DNA of 44,107 bases from Candidatus Aenigmatarchaeota archaeon (GTDB lineage: Archaea; Aenigmatarchaeota; Aenigmatarchaeia; CG10238-14): assembly GCA_014728985.1 (NCBI GenBank), contig WJKS01000097.1, forward strand, positions 1 to 44,107, read 5' to 3'. The notes beneath the pieces were generated by a model. That model was not told the origin of the DNA, did no database searches, and saw only the letters and a program-made list of their open reading frames with translations. The position numbers and the translations under genes were made by a program. Shown piece after piece: positions 18,532 through 29,984 of the stretch (its first letter is position 1; each line of letters starts with the position of its first letter).

Positions 18532-18652
18532 GCCATCCGAGTGGAGTCCAAATGAGGCGCTCTCTTAATTGGGAATGTCGAATTTGGGTTCCGCAAGGGG
18601 GGCTAAGTCGCAACAAGGTAGCCGTACGGGAACGTGCGGCTGGATCACCTCC

Positions 18653-18691
18653 TTTATATTTTCATTAACAAACACCAATCACTAGGACTAC
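18653..18691 (+). other. 3' arm of the 16S processing stem
   Basis: Complementary to 16488-16525 with BHB geometry. Confidence 0.85.
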
Positions 18692-18733
18692 ACAATGGTA
18701 TTATTTTTAAGATTAGTTCTGTAATCTATTTTT

Positions 18734-19183
18734 ATGGAGAACTATATGAAAGAAAGACCTAAGAAAACTATTTTCTCCAAATTTAGACAAGAAGCTATCC
18801 TAAAAAAAACCAAGAAATTCGTTCTTGAAGATTTGCTCCCTAATCCAAAAATTAATAAAATAATCCTATTCGGATCTTTAGTTGAAGGTAATTTCGGTGA
18901 GTACGAGAGACCTTTCAAAAACAGGAGATACTCTGATGTTGACGTTCTTTTAATAGTTGAAGATGATTTTGAAGTCCCAGAAGAATGGGGGGAACATTTC
19001 CATTGTGATATCTATGATGTTTACAATTCTCATATGATGGATGAAGAAATATTAGTTCAGTATATAGTATGTAGAAAGAATAGTTATCAGAATAAAGAAC
19101 ATCAAAAAGAATCGGAGAAATGGGGAGTTCCTTTATCTCTGGAAAAAAGTAAGCACAAGAATATTATTATTCATGAGAAATAA
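18734..19183 (+). CDS. Minimal nucleotidyltransferase (Pol-beta/MNT) domain protein
   Basis: IILFGS...SDVDVLLIV motif. Confidence 0.8.
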   Translation: MENYMKERPKKTIFSKFRQEAILKKTKKFVLEDLLPNPKINKIILFGSLVEGNFGEYERPFKNRRYSDVDVLLIVEDDFEVPEEWGEHFHCDIYDVYNSHMMDEEILVQYIVCRKNSYQNKEHQKESEKWGVPLSLEKSKHKNIIIHEK

Positions 19184-19239
19184 CTCTATGCGGTTATTTT
19201 ATAAACTTTTATACTCAAATTAATCAAAGAATTAATTGG

Positions 19240-19313
19240 GGGCCGATAGATCAATTCGGTAGATCGTCTGGTTTGCATCCAGAAGGCTAGGGGTTCAAAT
19301 CCCCTTCGGTCCA
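19240..19313 (+). tRNA. tRNA-Ala (TGC), CCA not encoded
   Basis: Acceptor GGGCCGA/TCGGTCC with G3:U70, anticodon arm TCTGG-TT-TGC-AT-CCAGA, T arm AGGGG-TTCAAAT-CCCCT. Confidence 0.97.
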
Positions 19314-19407
19314 TCCTGTCCCAAATACTACATCATCTAGATACCTTTCGGTCCATACATATTTCACATCATAATAGATTTTTAATTCAAATCACCAATT
19401 AATTATT

Positions 19408-19908
19408 ATGCCTAAAACCAGAGAAAAGAGGGAAATAGTAAGATTAGGTGGTAAATTAAAAGAGATAATTACAGTAAGAGACAAAGAAGGAAAGATAATA
19501 CATAGAATAATTTCGCCTCTCATGATCGAGTTTAAGCTTAAAGATGTTCTCCAAGTGATTATCGGTGCTACTATTCTAGCTGTACCTGTCGCATTCACAG
19601 AAGAAGTTTGGTTATTAGGTGAGACTTTACCCATTTTGAACATCGGAACATTTCTTTTCTTATCGGTTCTATTCATAGGTACTTTTGATTACTACAACTT
19701 TTACAGAAACAGAATAGAAAAACACTGGCAAGAATTTGTCAAAAGAGTCTTTTTCACTTACATTTTCTCATTTATTGTCGTAGGAATTATATTGTATCTA
19801 ATACAAAAAACGCCATGGAACACAGATTGGTTATTAGCGGTGAAAAGAATTATTATAGTAACATTCCCATCTTCGATGAGTGCAGCGATAGCTGATACTA
19901 TTAAATGA
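19408..19908 (+). CDS. DUF2391-like integral membrane protein
   Basis: DVLQVIIGATILAVPVAFTEEVW and PSSMSAAIAD motifs, 4 TMs. Confidence 0.75.
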   Translation: MPKTREKREIVRLGGKLKEIITVRDKEGKIIHRIISPLMIEFKLKDVLQVIIGATILAVPVAFTEEVWLLGETLPILNIGTFLFLSVLFIGTFDYYNFYRNRIEKHWQEFVKRVFFTYIFSFIVVGIILYLIQKTPWNTDWLLAVKRIIIVTFPSSMSAAIADTIK

Positions 19909-19972
19909 ACCTAACCTAAATACGAATAAACTTTAAGCAAAAGTAGAACCAAATAGTAATTAGTGATTAATT

Positions 19973-20212
19973 ATGGTTGATAGCTACGATGATGACTACG
20001 ATGGACTCAGTGATTCTTATGATATGGATAGTGACGATTTAATCAAAAAAATGAAAAAGAGTTTTGATGAAGAAACATTTGAATTGGTAAATAAAATAGC
20101 TGGCATGTCCTCGAACAACACTTTAATTAAAATTGAACAACAGCTTGAAAGGACCAATAAAGTACTTGAAAAAATAAAAGATTCTTTAGAATTCATTGCT
20201 CATAAAAGATGA
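19973..20212 (+). CDS. Small hypothetical protein (acidic N-terminus, coiled coil)
   Basis: 79-aa ORF with GTGA SD-like site, on the same strand as its neighbours. Confidence 0.6.
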   Translation: MVDSYDDDYDGLSDSYDMDSDDLIKKMKKSFDEETFELVNKIAGMSSNNTLIKIEQQLERTNKVLEKIKDSLEFIAHKR

Positions 20213-20277
20213 AAAATGAAGGAAATGGGTTATTATTAATAGAAAAAAATATTTTTCTAAATTCATCTATACTTATC

Positions 20278-20904
20278 ATGAAAAATTCTTTCAAATCTAT
20301 AACCGAGGTTTATGATTTAATAGCGGAAAAATACACAGAACTATTTTTTGAAGATTTTTCAGACAAAGAGAAAATAGATAAATTCCTTGAGCTTCTGCCA
20401 GAAAATTCGAAAATTTTGGATGTCGGCTGCGGGCCAGGGCAATTTACAAAATATTTTCTTGAACTTGGTTATGAAGTTGAAGGGATAGATACTTCAAAAG
20501 AAATGATAAAAATAGCCAAAAATAAAATCAAAAAAGATATCTTTAAAATAATGGATTTGAGAGATTTAGATTATCCGGATAAAAGTTTTGATGGAATTTT
20601 TGCATCCTTTTCACTGATACATATTCCCAAAAAAGAATTAGGATTAGTTCTAAACGAATTCCACAGAGTCTTAAAGAGTGATGGGATTATCTACATTTCC
20701 GTTTATGAAGGAGAAGGAGGAGTTATTGTTGATGAACCATTAAAAGAAGGGGCTAAGATTTTTCTGAAATTGTTTCGAGAAGGAGAGCTAAAGAAAATTC
20801 TTTTAGTTTCTGGTTTCAATTTAATTGATTTTTCAAAGAAAAGCGTAGAGATTAAAGGTTCATTAGGACCTGATTATCTCTTTGTAATAGGAAAAAAGAA
20901 CTAG
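20278..20904 (+). CDS. Class I SAM-dependent methyltransferase
   Basis: ILDVGCGPG, GIDTS, FDGI, SLIHIP, RVLK.DG; start could alternatively be 20209. Confidence 0.9.
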   Translation: MKNSFKSITEVYDLIAEKYTELFFEDFSDKEKIDKFLELLPENSKILDVGCGPGQFTKYFLELGYEVEGIDTSKEMIKIAKNKIKKDIFKIMDLRDLDYPDKSFDGIFASFSLIHIPKKELGLVLNEFHRVLKSDGIIYISVYEGEGGVIVDEPLKEGAKIFLKLFREGELKKILLVSGFNLIDFSKKSVEIKGSLGPDYLFVIGKKN

Positions 20905-20947
20905 ATAAAATTAGATTCCCCCCCCCATTATCCCAAGAATAGCATCT

Positions 20948-21136
20948 TTACTCCAGTTCTGGAAAGAATATAGCTCTGGTTAATTGACCTATACCTGCGA
21001 TCAGAAAGTTTAATGCGACTAGTATTTTAATGGTCTCAAGTGGCTGTCTCCAAACAAAGTATGCTAAAACCAATGCCATTACACCTGTAAATGAAAGTAT
21101 TACCCTCATTATACTTAATCTTTTTGTCCTCCCCAT
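20948..21136 (-). CDS. Small two-TM membrane protein
   Basis: GAGGTG SD upstream of ATG; two hydrophobic helices. Confidence 0.6.
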   Translation of the reverse strand: MGRTKRLSIMRVILSFTGVMALVLAYFVWRQPLETIKILVALNFLIAGIGQLTRAIFFPELE

Positions 21137-21287
21137 GATAGAACACCTCAGAAATATGTGTGGATTTCAATCTTATAAAATTGTGTTCTTCACCTACTAA
21201 TTTGACTACTGTAACAGTAGTGATTTAATTGCTATTTTAACTCAGAGAAGAGGTTAAAACTTTAGACTCTATATAATTCTTGATTCT

Positions 21288-21926
21288 ATGTTTCCGATTA
21301 TTAAATACAAGGATTGTGATGAAAAGTTAATCAAAAAACTTAAGTTAGATCTAATAACTCTGAAAGAATCTATTTTAGGATATTCTCCATCAGATTTCAA
21401 TAAAGGAAAGCTTGATAGAATTAGAATAAGAGTCTTCAAATTTTCAAGGAAAGAGACATGTAACGAGTTTTTCATAATATCTGGAAACAAGAAATACGTC
21501 TGTCTTAATGCATCTTTTTTAAAAAGGAGATATTATGCGGCTTTACAGCATCTTCTTCATGGGATAAGTCACCGGTTTTCACATTTTAGGGATGAGATAG
21601 CGGATGAGATCTTCTGTGAGTTTGTTTCCTATTCTCTTTTGGATGAATTACTAGAGAAGAGAGGAAAGGAGTTCAGAGGGAGAATTCTGAAAAGTATTGA
21701 AAGGGAGTCTCCTAAGGAATATAATTATTACTATAAAATGGCCAGGAAACTAAATAAAATGGAGGACCGGGTTCTTTTGAGAATGAATAACAAAATAAAG
21801 AATAGGAAAATATCTAAGAAAAATGAAAAGATGTTTTTTAAAAAATTTCTCAAGAAAAATACAAATGTTTCTGAGGAATTGGTAGAAGATTTACCCGAAC
21901 TAGAAAGGGATTTTAAGGTCCTTTAG
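21288..21926 (+). CDS. Hypothetical basic protein with a degenerate zincin-like motif
   Basis: LLHGISH...DEIFCE (HExxH with E replaced by G). Confidence 0.6.
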   Translation: MFPIIKYKDCDEKLIKKLKLDLITLKESILGYSPSDFNKGKLDRIRIRVFKFSRKETCNEFFIISGNKKYVCLNASFLKRRYYAALQHLLHGISHRFSHFRDEIADEIFCEFVSYSLLDELLEKRGKEFRGRILKSIERESPKEYNYYYKMARKLNKMEDRVLLRMNNKIKNRKISKKNEKMFFKKFLKKNTNVSEELVEDLPELERDFKVL

Positions 21927-21936
21927 CATAATTCGA

Positions 21937-21952
21937 GTAAACTATTTAAATA
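21937..21952 (+). promoter_or_regulatory. BRE/TATA promoter of the 23S precursor
   Basis: GTAAACTATTTAAATA upstream of a ~240-nt structured non-coding leader. Confidence 0.6.
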
Positions 21953-22034
21953 TTCTTATACGAATATTATTCTTGTAATTAGGTGCTTGAATGTTTCAAT
22001 AATTCGATGCATTGGTTTTATCTAATTACATTTC

Positions 22035-22101
22035 TTTGGCTGTGATAGACGAACTGTCTCTCTGATACCAGATGAAGAGAAAGGACACCATTTGAGCCAA
22101 A
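22035..22101 (+). ncRNA. C/D-box guide sRNA within the 23S leader (predicted targets 23S A2600 and U2552)
   Basis: Terminal stem TTTGGC/GCCAAA; C-like GTGATAGA; guide CGAACTGTCTC (11/11 complementary to 24804-24814); D' CTGA; C' ATGAAGA; guide GGACACC (complementary to 24757-24763); D TTGA. Confidence 0.8.
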
Positions 22102-22183
22102 AACAAACAATATGCAACTCTTCAGGATGCTATGAAGGGCGAAGTGAAGAAATCGATGACCGTAAGCGAGAGTAATGATTCTG

Positions 22184-22215
22184 TCATAGGTTTACCAACA
22201 GCAAAGATCTAGGTC
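22184..22215 (+). other. 5' arm of the 23S processing stem with canonical BHB (pairs with 25123-25154)
   Basis: TCATAGGTTTACCAA-CAGC-AAA-GATCTAGGTC versus GATCTAGATC-GCTG-AAA-TTGGTAAACCTATGA. Confidence 0.92.
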
Positions 22216-22219
22216 GTAG

Positions 22220-25120
<2,901 letters not shown>

Positions 25121-25122
25121 GA

Positions 25123-25154
25123 GATCTAGATCGCTGAAATTGGTAAACCTATGA
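25123..25154 (+). other. 3' arm of the 23S processing stem
   Basis: Complementary to 22184-22215. Confidence 0.92.
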
Positions 25155-25205
25155 ATTTCTTATTCTTTTTAGAATTAGATTTGTTTAGCGTGAGCTAGGT
25201 ATTAT

Positions 25206-25481
25206 TTATTCATGAGTTTCGATTTCGATGTGGGAACTTTCAACATCATATCTTAAGGTAGCTTTTCTACCGTTGAGATCTCTTCCTCCACTTAATGGGT
25301 CATGGCTCTCGTACCAAGTTCTTTCCCTTTGATTTGGTTCTAACCCCACTCTACCTCCATTTGGTAATCCAACTACTACACTGTCCCTCCAACCAAAAGT
25401 AAAAGTTGCTGGTCCGAAGCAACCTAAAGGAGTTTTTACAGTCTCTTTTTTACCTATTGGTAATTGGTAGAACATTTCCAA
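25206..25481 (-). CDS. Hypothetical protein
   Basis: 91-aa ORF preceded by GGAGTGA SD (start TTG 25481 or ATG 25475). Confidence 0.55.
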   Translation of the reverse strand: MEMFYQLPIGKKETVKTPLGCFGPATFTFGWRDSVVVGLPNGGRVGLEPNQRERTWYESHDPLSGGRDLNGRKATLRYDVESSHIEIETHE

Positions 25482-25687
25482 TCACTCCTGTTAATTTCTT
25501 TTCAAAATTCTGAATATGACATAATATATAATTTAAAATGATTTTTCTTTACATTGGTAGTTAAAATTAGGTTAGATTATACCTTTTCATAAAAAAATTC
25601 TCTTTAAAGTAACGTTCGTATTCAAATCACTGGAAGTATCCAAAAGAAGGACCCAGGTTTTTATTCCTGTCTCTCCAATAAATCAGT

Positions 25688-26665
25688 ATGGTACCAGAGA
25701 AATTGACTACTGGTGATGAGATAAGAGTTGTAAGTCCGGCCAGAAGTTTGGCTATAATGTCAGATAGAGATAGAAAAACAGCGACTGAGAGATTGGAAGA
25801 AATGGGATTTAAAGTGACTTTCGGGAAACATGTTAATGAAAGAGATGAATTTGATTCGTCCAAAATCAGTTCAAGGGTAGAGGATTTTCATGAGGCTTTT
25901 AAGGATAATAACGTTAAAGCAATACTCACGGTTATAGGAGGGTTCAATTCCAATCAAATCCTAGAATATCTTGATTATAATCTGATAAAATCAAATCCAA
26001 AGATAATATGTGGTTATTCAGATATCACGGCTCTTTCAAACGCAATTTTTACCAAGACAGGGTTAGTTACTTATGTAGGTCCACATTTCTCATCTTTTGG
26101 TATGTTGAAAGGATTTGAATATAGTAGGGAATATTTTAAAAAGTGTCTAATGTCAGAAGAACCTTTTGAGGTAAAAGAGTCAGAAAAATGGAGTGACGAT
26201 AAATGGTATCTGGATCAAGAGAATCGAAAATTTATCGATAACGATGGATTCTTTCTAATTAATGAAGGGGAAGCAGAAGGAACAATAGTTGGTGGAAATC
26301 TTGTAACCTTTCAACATTTGTCTGGTACATCATTTATGCCTTCATTAAAAGATGCTTTATTATTTTTGGAAGACGATTACGAGGAAAAACCGTATCATTT
26401 TGACAGTTCATTGACAGCGTTGAGCTTATTACCAGATTTCTCCGGGATAAAAGGGCTTGTTATAGGAAGATTTCAAGAAGAAAGTAACATGAGTCGGGAA
26501 AAATTAACCAAAATCGTTAAAAAGAACAGAAAGTTCAATAATATTCCGGTTATTGCCGGGGTTGACTTTGGACATACGTCCCCACAGATTACTTTTCCCG
26601 TAGGTGGTAAAGCGAAATTGGTTGCTGAAAAAGCTCAAATAAGTTTGAAAATAACAGATCATTAA
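25688..26665 (+). CDS. S66 family LD-carboxypeptidase / MccF-like peptidase
   Basis: IGGFNS, GYSDIT (catalytic Ser), GGNL, LFLED, DFGHT.P. Confidence 0.95.
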   Translation: MVPEKLTTGDEIRVVSPARSLAIMSDRDRKTATERLEEMGFKVTFGKHVNERDEFDSSKISSRVEDFHEAFKDNNVKAILTVIGGFNSNQILEYLDYNLIKSNPKIICGYSDITALSNAIFTKTGLVTYVGPHFSSFGMLKGFEYSREYFKKCLMSEEPFEVKESEKWSDDKWYLDQENRKFIDNDGFFLINEGEAEGTIVGGNLVTFQHLSGTSFMPSLKDALLFLEDDYEEKPYHFDSSLTALSLLPDFSGIKGLVIGRFQEESNMSREKLTKIVKKNRKFNNIPVIAGVDFGHTSPQITFPVGGKAKLVAEKAQISLKITDH

Positions 26666-26694
26666 TTTCCTTTGTTTAAGAGATGACAGATTAC

Positions 26695-27828
26695 CTATAT
26701 TCCCTTCTTTTTCTTCTTTCTTCTGAACCCTGTAAAGAACGCACCAAAACCAAATAAAACTGTAAGTAAGCCGATCAAAAATCTGATAACAGGTATACTT
26801 CTCAAGATTACCCATATGAGCAATCCCAATCCGAATGCAAGTATTAAACCAAGCTTGTTTTTACTCTTACCTATTATTCCTTCACCTATTGCTAATGAGA
26901 CCAGGATCTTGCTTAGGTAAAGAGCCATCAGGTATAACAGGAATAAGATTATTGCAAAAGGAATTCCGATGATTGTAACTAAAAGAAGTGCAGATGCAAT
27001 TGGGATTAGAATGATGAACAATAATCCGAAAAGAATTGAAGCTAATGGATATTCAACTATCCTCTGGGACACTGATTTTATGGGTTTCTCCAAGACTAGA
27101 ATGAGAATTACTCCTATGAAAAACGCTACCAAATATTTTCTCAGGTTTGAGATTACTCTCCCCCTTAATCCACGTCTTTCTCTGGGTAATCTTAAGAACC
27201 GTCTTGATGCTTCTTGAGTGAATTCTCCTCTTACTTCAGTACTCTCGGGAATCTCAACCTCATTTGAACTTGTGCAGTTCAGGTTACCCTTTATTATAGT
27301 ATTAGGTAGTATCTCAATTTCACCTGCGTTAATGTTAACGTCACCTGAAATTAGTCCTCCCAGTTGAACCCTTCCTCCGTTTATCGAGACGTTCTCTCCG
27401 ACCTCAGCCTTTGTGATAATAGTTCCCCCGCTGATTATCAGATTACCTCCCACTTTTGTATCTTGAGTGACATTAATCTGCCCGCCTACAGCAAAAACAT
27501 CATCACCAACATCACCCTCAATTCTTATGTTCCCACCTGCGATCCTTAAGTCATCCCCTGTTGAACCCGAAATTCTTATGTTACCACCAGCTATTGTGGA
27601 ATCTTCCATGGTTTTTCCCTTAAGTTCAATATCACCGCCTGCAACTACTAAGTCTCCGTCAACTTCGGCTTCTATAATTATTTCTCCCCCGGAGACATAG
27701 AAATCATCGTCCACTACCCTGTCTGAAGGTACATATATCTCTCCCCCGGTTTTTAATTCAAATGAGAATATACCTGGGATTAGGAATAAACTGATGAGGA
27801 AAATTAACAGAAATTTGTTCCGGGACAT
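26695..27828 (-). CDS. Membrane protein with beta-helical bactofilin/polymer-forming-like repeats
   Basis: Signal peptide, repeated (G/D)D...AGG.I.I.G units, C-terminal TM bundle with VTIIGIP. Confidence 0.8.
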   Translation of the reverse strand: MSRNKFLLIFLISLFLIPGIFSFELKTGGEIYVPSDRVVDDDFYVSGGEIIIEAEVDGDLVVAGGDIELKGKTMEDSTIAGGNIRISGSTGDDLRIAGGNIRIEGDVGDDVFAVGGQINVTQDTKVGGNLIISGGTIITKAEVGENVSINGGRVQLGGLISGDVNINAGEIEILPNTIIKGNLNCTSSNEVEIPESTEVRGEFTQEASRRFLRLPRERRGLRGRVISNLRKYLVAFFIGVILILVLEKPIKSVSQRIVEYPLASILFGLLFIILIPIASALLLVTIIGIPFAIILFLLYLMALYLSKILVSLAIGEGIIGKSKNKLGLILAFGLGLLIWVILRSIPVIRFLIGLLTVLFGFGAFFTGFRRKKKKKGI

Positions 27829-27896
27829 TTTAGCTCTAATTAATTGGTTTTTTTAAGAATTTAAACCCTCTTCTTGGGTAAGTTATTTAAGTTCGG

Positions 27897-27928
27897 ACTG
27901 TTATATTATAACAGTGTTATATTAACAC
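27897..27928 (+). promoter_or_regulatory. Tandem palindromes (candidate operator) downstream of the msrAB TATA box
   Basis: ACTGTTATA-T-TATAACAGT (perfect 9-1-9) overlapping GTGTTA-TAT-TAACAC; TTATTTAAG just upstream. Confidence 0.5.
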
Positions 27929-27954
27929 AAATTTTCTGTGTGTTTTAATTTCAG

Positions 27955-29001
27955 GTGATGTTTATAAGAGTAATAATATTAGCAGCAGTATTAGCGTTTT
28001 CGGCGGGTCTTGTGATTTTTCAGATCAATAAACGCGGAAGAGGTGATTTTATGATAAAGGATGACAATTATTCAAATGCTGTATTTGCAGGAGGATGCTT
28101 CTGGTGTATGGAGGCAGCTTTTCAGACCGTTGATGGTGTAGTTGAAGTTATATCCGGATATACGGGAGGAGAAGTTGAGAATCCTAGTTATACTCAGGTT
28201 TCATCAGGTGTAACCGGCCATTATGAGGCTGTTAGGGTGGTTTATGACCCTGAGAAAGTAATTTATGAAAAGCTGCTTGATATTTTTTGGAAGAGTATCA
28301 ACCCTACTGACTCAGGTGGTCAGTTTAATGATAGGGGTCCACAATACAAGACAGCGATATTCTACCTGGGTGATGGGCAAAAAGAGCTTGCTGAAAAATC
28401 CAGGAAAGCTTTGGAAGATTCGGGTAGGTTTGAGGATCCAATAGTAACTGAAATAATAAAGTTTGAGGAATTTTATCCTGCTGAAGATTACCATCAGGAT
28501 TTCAGTGAGAAGAATCCGCTCAGATATAAATTGTATAAAACCGGTTCCGGGAGAAAGAAATTTCTCAAGAATACCTGGTCTGAGGATGATCTGAAGGAAA
28601 AATTGACCTCTCTCCAATATAGAGTGACTCAGGAGGACGCGACTGAGATACCTTTTAAAAACGAGTATTGGGATAATAAGGAAGAAGGAATATATGTGGA
28701 CATAGTTTCCGGTGAACCACTTTTCAGTTCTCTGGATAAGTTTGAGTCTGGTACAGGATGGCCAAGCTTTACCAAATCATTGAAAGAAAGTAATATTGTA
28801 GAGGAAGAAGATAGGAAGCTTGGAATGACAAGGACTGAAGTCCGAAGTAAGGGAGCGGATTCACATTTAGGTCATGTTTTTGATGACGGCCCTGAACCTA
28901 CTGGGACAAGATATTGTATTAACTCCGCTGCTCTTAGGTTTATACCCAAGGATGAGTTGGAGCAAGAAGGTTATGGGGAATATTTGGAATTATTTGAGTG
29001 A
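27955..29001 (+). CDS. msrAB: Bifunctional peptide-methionine sulfoxide reductase MsrA/MsrB
   Basis: [22 protein letters not shown] (MsrA); [33 protein letters not shown] (MsrB); alternative start at 28051. Confidence 0.97.
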   Translation: MMFIRVIILAAVLAFSAGLVIFQINKRGRGDFMIKDDNYSNAVFAGGCFWCMEAAFQTVDGVVEVISGYTGGEVENPSYTQVSSGVTGHYEAVRVVYDPEKVIYEKLLDIFWKSINPTDSGGQFNDRGPQYKTAIFYLGDGQKELAEKSRKALEDSGRFEDPIVTEIIKFEEFYPAEDYHQDFSEKNPLRYKLYKTGSGRKKFLKNTWSEDDLKEKLTSLQYRVTQEDATEIPFKNEYWDNKEEGIYVDIVSGEPLFSSLDKFESGTGWPSFTKSLKESNIVEEEDRKLGMTRTEVRSKGADSHLGHVFDDGPEPTGTRYCINSAALRFIPKDELEQEGYGEYLELFE

Positions 29002-29011
29002 GGTGATTGAT

Positions 29012-29182
29012 ATGAAGAATGAACATAAACATATGACGGGTGATCCTGAGATTCAGTGTGAGGTATGTGATGGGGAAGTTAAGATAGTAAATTCAGTTAA
29101 CCCCAGAGCTTACAAATGTGTTTGCAAAAAATGTAACCATGAATTCAGTTGGGTTTCACCTGAAGAAAGGGATTTGAGATAG
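29012..29182 (+). CDS. Small zinc-ribbon protein
   Basis: GAGGTGA SD then ATG 29012; CEVC...CKKC.HEF.W. Confidence 0.7.
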   Translation: MKNEHKHMTGDPEIQCEVCDGEVKIVNSVNPRAYKCVCKKCNHEFSWVSPEERDLR

Positions 29183-29240
29183 ATTAGTGTAACTGAGAAT
29201 TGATGCTTTATATTTTTGAAATTAAATGGAGGTGGAAAAA

Positions 29241-29738
29241 ATGAAAAAGATATTAATGGGATTTTTGATTCTAAGTATGCTAGCGATACCAGTGTTTGCA
29301 GGGAAATCATCAGTAGCAGAGTTCGATTATTGGCAAGAATATAGTGGATGGGGACCAGCACTATACTATGGTGAAGATGTTAATATCCATTATGAAGCGA
29401 CAAATAGATGGGTCTTGAACAAGGAAGAAATGGGAGAGAACGATTGGTACATAGAACAGTCATTGACACAACGTGGGACTGCGTGGATCTATAATTTGGA
29501 TGAAAATCTCTTAGATAAAAGGAATTTCAGAGTCGTTGAAATAACCAAAGGTTATGTGGACAAAGAGCAGGATTGGTATCATGTGAGAGACGTTGATACA
29601 CTAGAGGAATGGAATTACCATTGGAAAATACCTGGAGTATATCACTTCTTTGGACATTATCCAAATGAAGACGAAAACTTAGTATATGAGGTATTACAGC
29701 CAGAACATTCCACGCTATATGAGGGACCAATATTTTAG
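29241..29738 (+). CDS. Secreted hypothetical protein (aromatic/acidic-rich)
   Basis: GGAGGTGG SD, signal peptide MKKILMG...PVFA; followed by a T-rich terminator-like tract. Confidence 0.7.
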   Translation: MKKILMGFLILSMLAIPVFAGKSSVAEFDYWQEYSGWGPALYYGEDVNIHYEATNRWVLNKEEMGENDWYIEQSLTQRGTAWIYNLDENLLDKRNFRVVEITKGYVDKEQDWYHVRDVDTLEEWNYHWKIPGVYHFFGHYPNEDENLVYEVLQPEHSTLYEGPIF

Positions 29739-29832
29739 TAACCCGAACTTTTCCCCCTTTTTTTTCGGTATTAAAGAGATTACTGAAACTATATGCTTAA
29801 TTTTACCTTTAAGCCTACTGACTATTTAATTT

Positions 29833-29902
29833 CCTCTCCTCTGAACTTAAAGGATTCTTCATCTGGTATCAGACCGCCTGTCAGTCATCATTGGATTTGA
29901 GG
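29833..29902 (-). ncRNA. C/D-box guide sRNA (predicted targets 16S C1402 and U912)
   Basis: Minus strand: ATGATGA (C), CTGACAGGCGGT, CTGA (D'), TACCAG, ATGAAGA (C'), ATCCTTTAAGTT, CAGA (D); 12-nt spacers; upstream TTATAA TATA box. Confidence 0.85.
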
Positions 29903-29909
29903 TATAACC

Positions 29910-29946
29910 ATTAATCAGTAAATCAAAGTTATAATTATATTCCTTT
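29910..29946. repeat. 37-bp direct repeat, copy 1 (contains the putative minus-strand sRNA promoter)
   Basis: ATTAATCAGTAAATCAAAGTTATAATTaTATTCCtTT, 35/37 identical to 30711-30747. Confidence 0.9.
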
Positions 29947-29984
29947 CTCGGTAAGAATTTATTCTGGGATTCCAATTTACTATT

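Noticed and set aside
22117..22180. Possible second C/D unit in the 23S leader (GTGAAGA, GCGA, ATGATT, stem ACTC/GAGT)
   Set aside because: Boxes are degenerate and I found no convincing guide complementarity; it is explained as well by a simple hairpin or K-turn
25155..25205. 5S rRNA downstream of 23S
   Set aside because: The sequence is short and AT-rich with no 5S motifs
26969..27700. Periodic sequence and antisense ORFs in the bactofilin-like gene as a repeat array or CRISPR
   Set aside because: The periodicity reflects protein beta-helix repeats; there are no identical DNA repeats with spacers, and no CRISPR array or cas gene anywhere in the window
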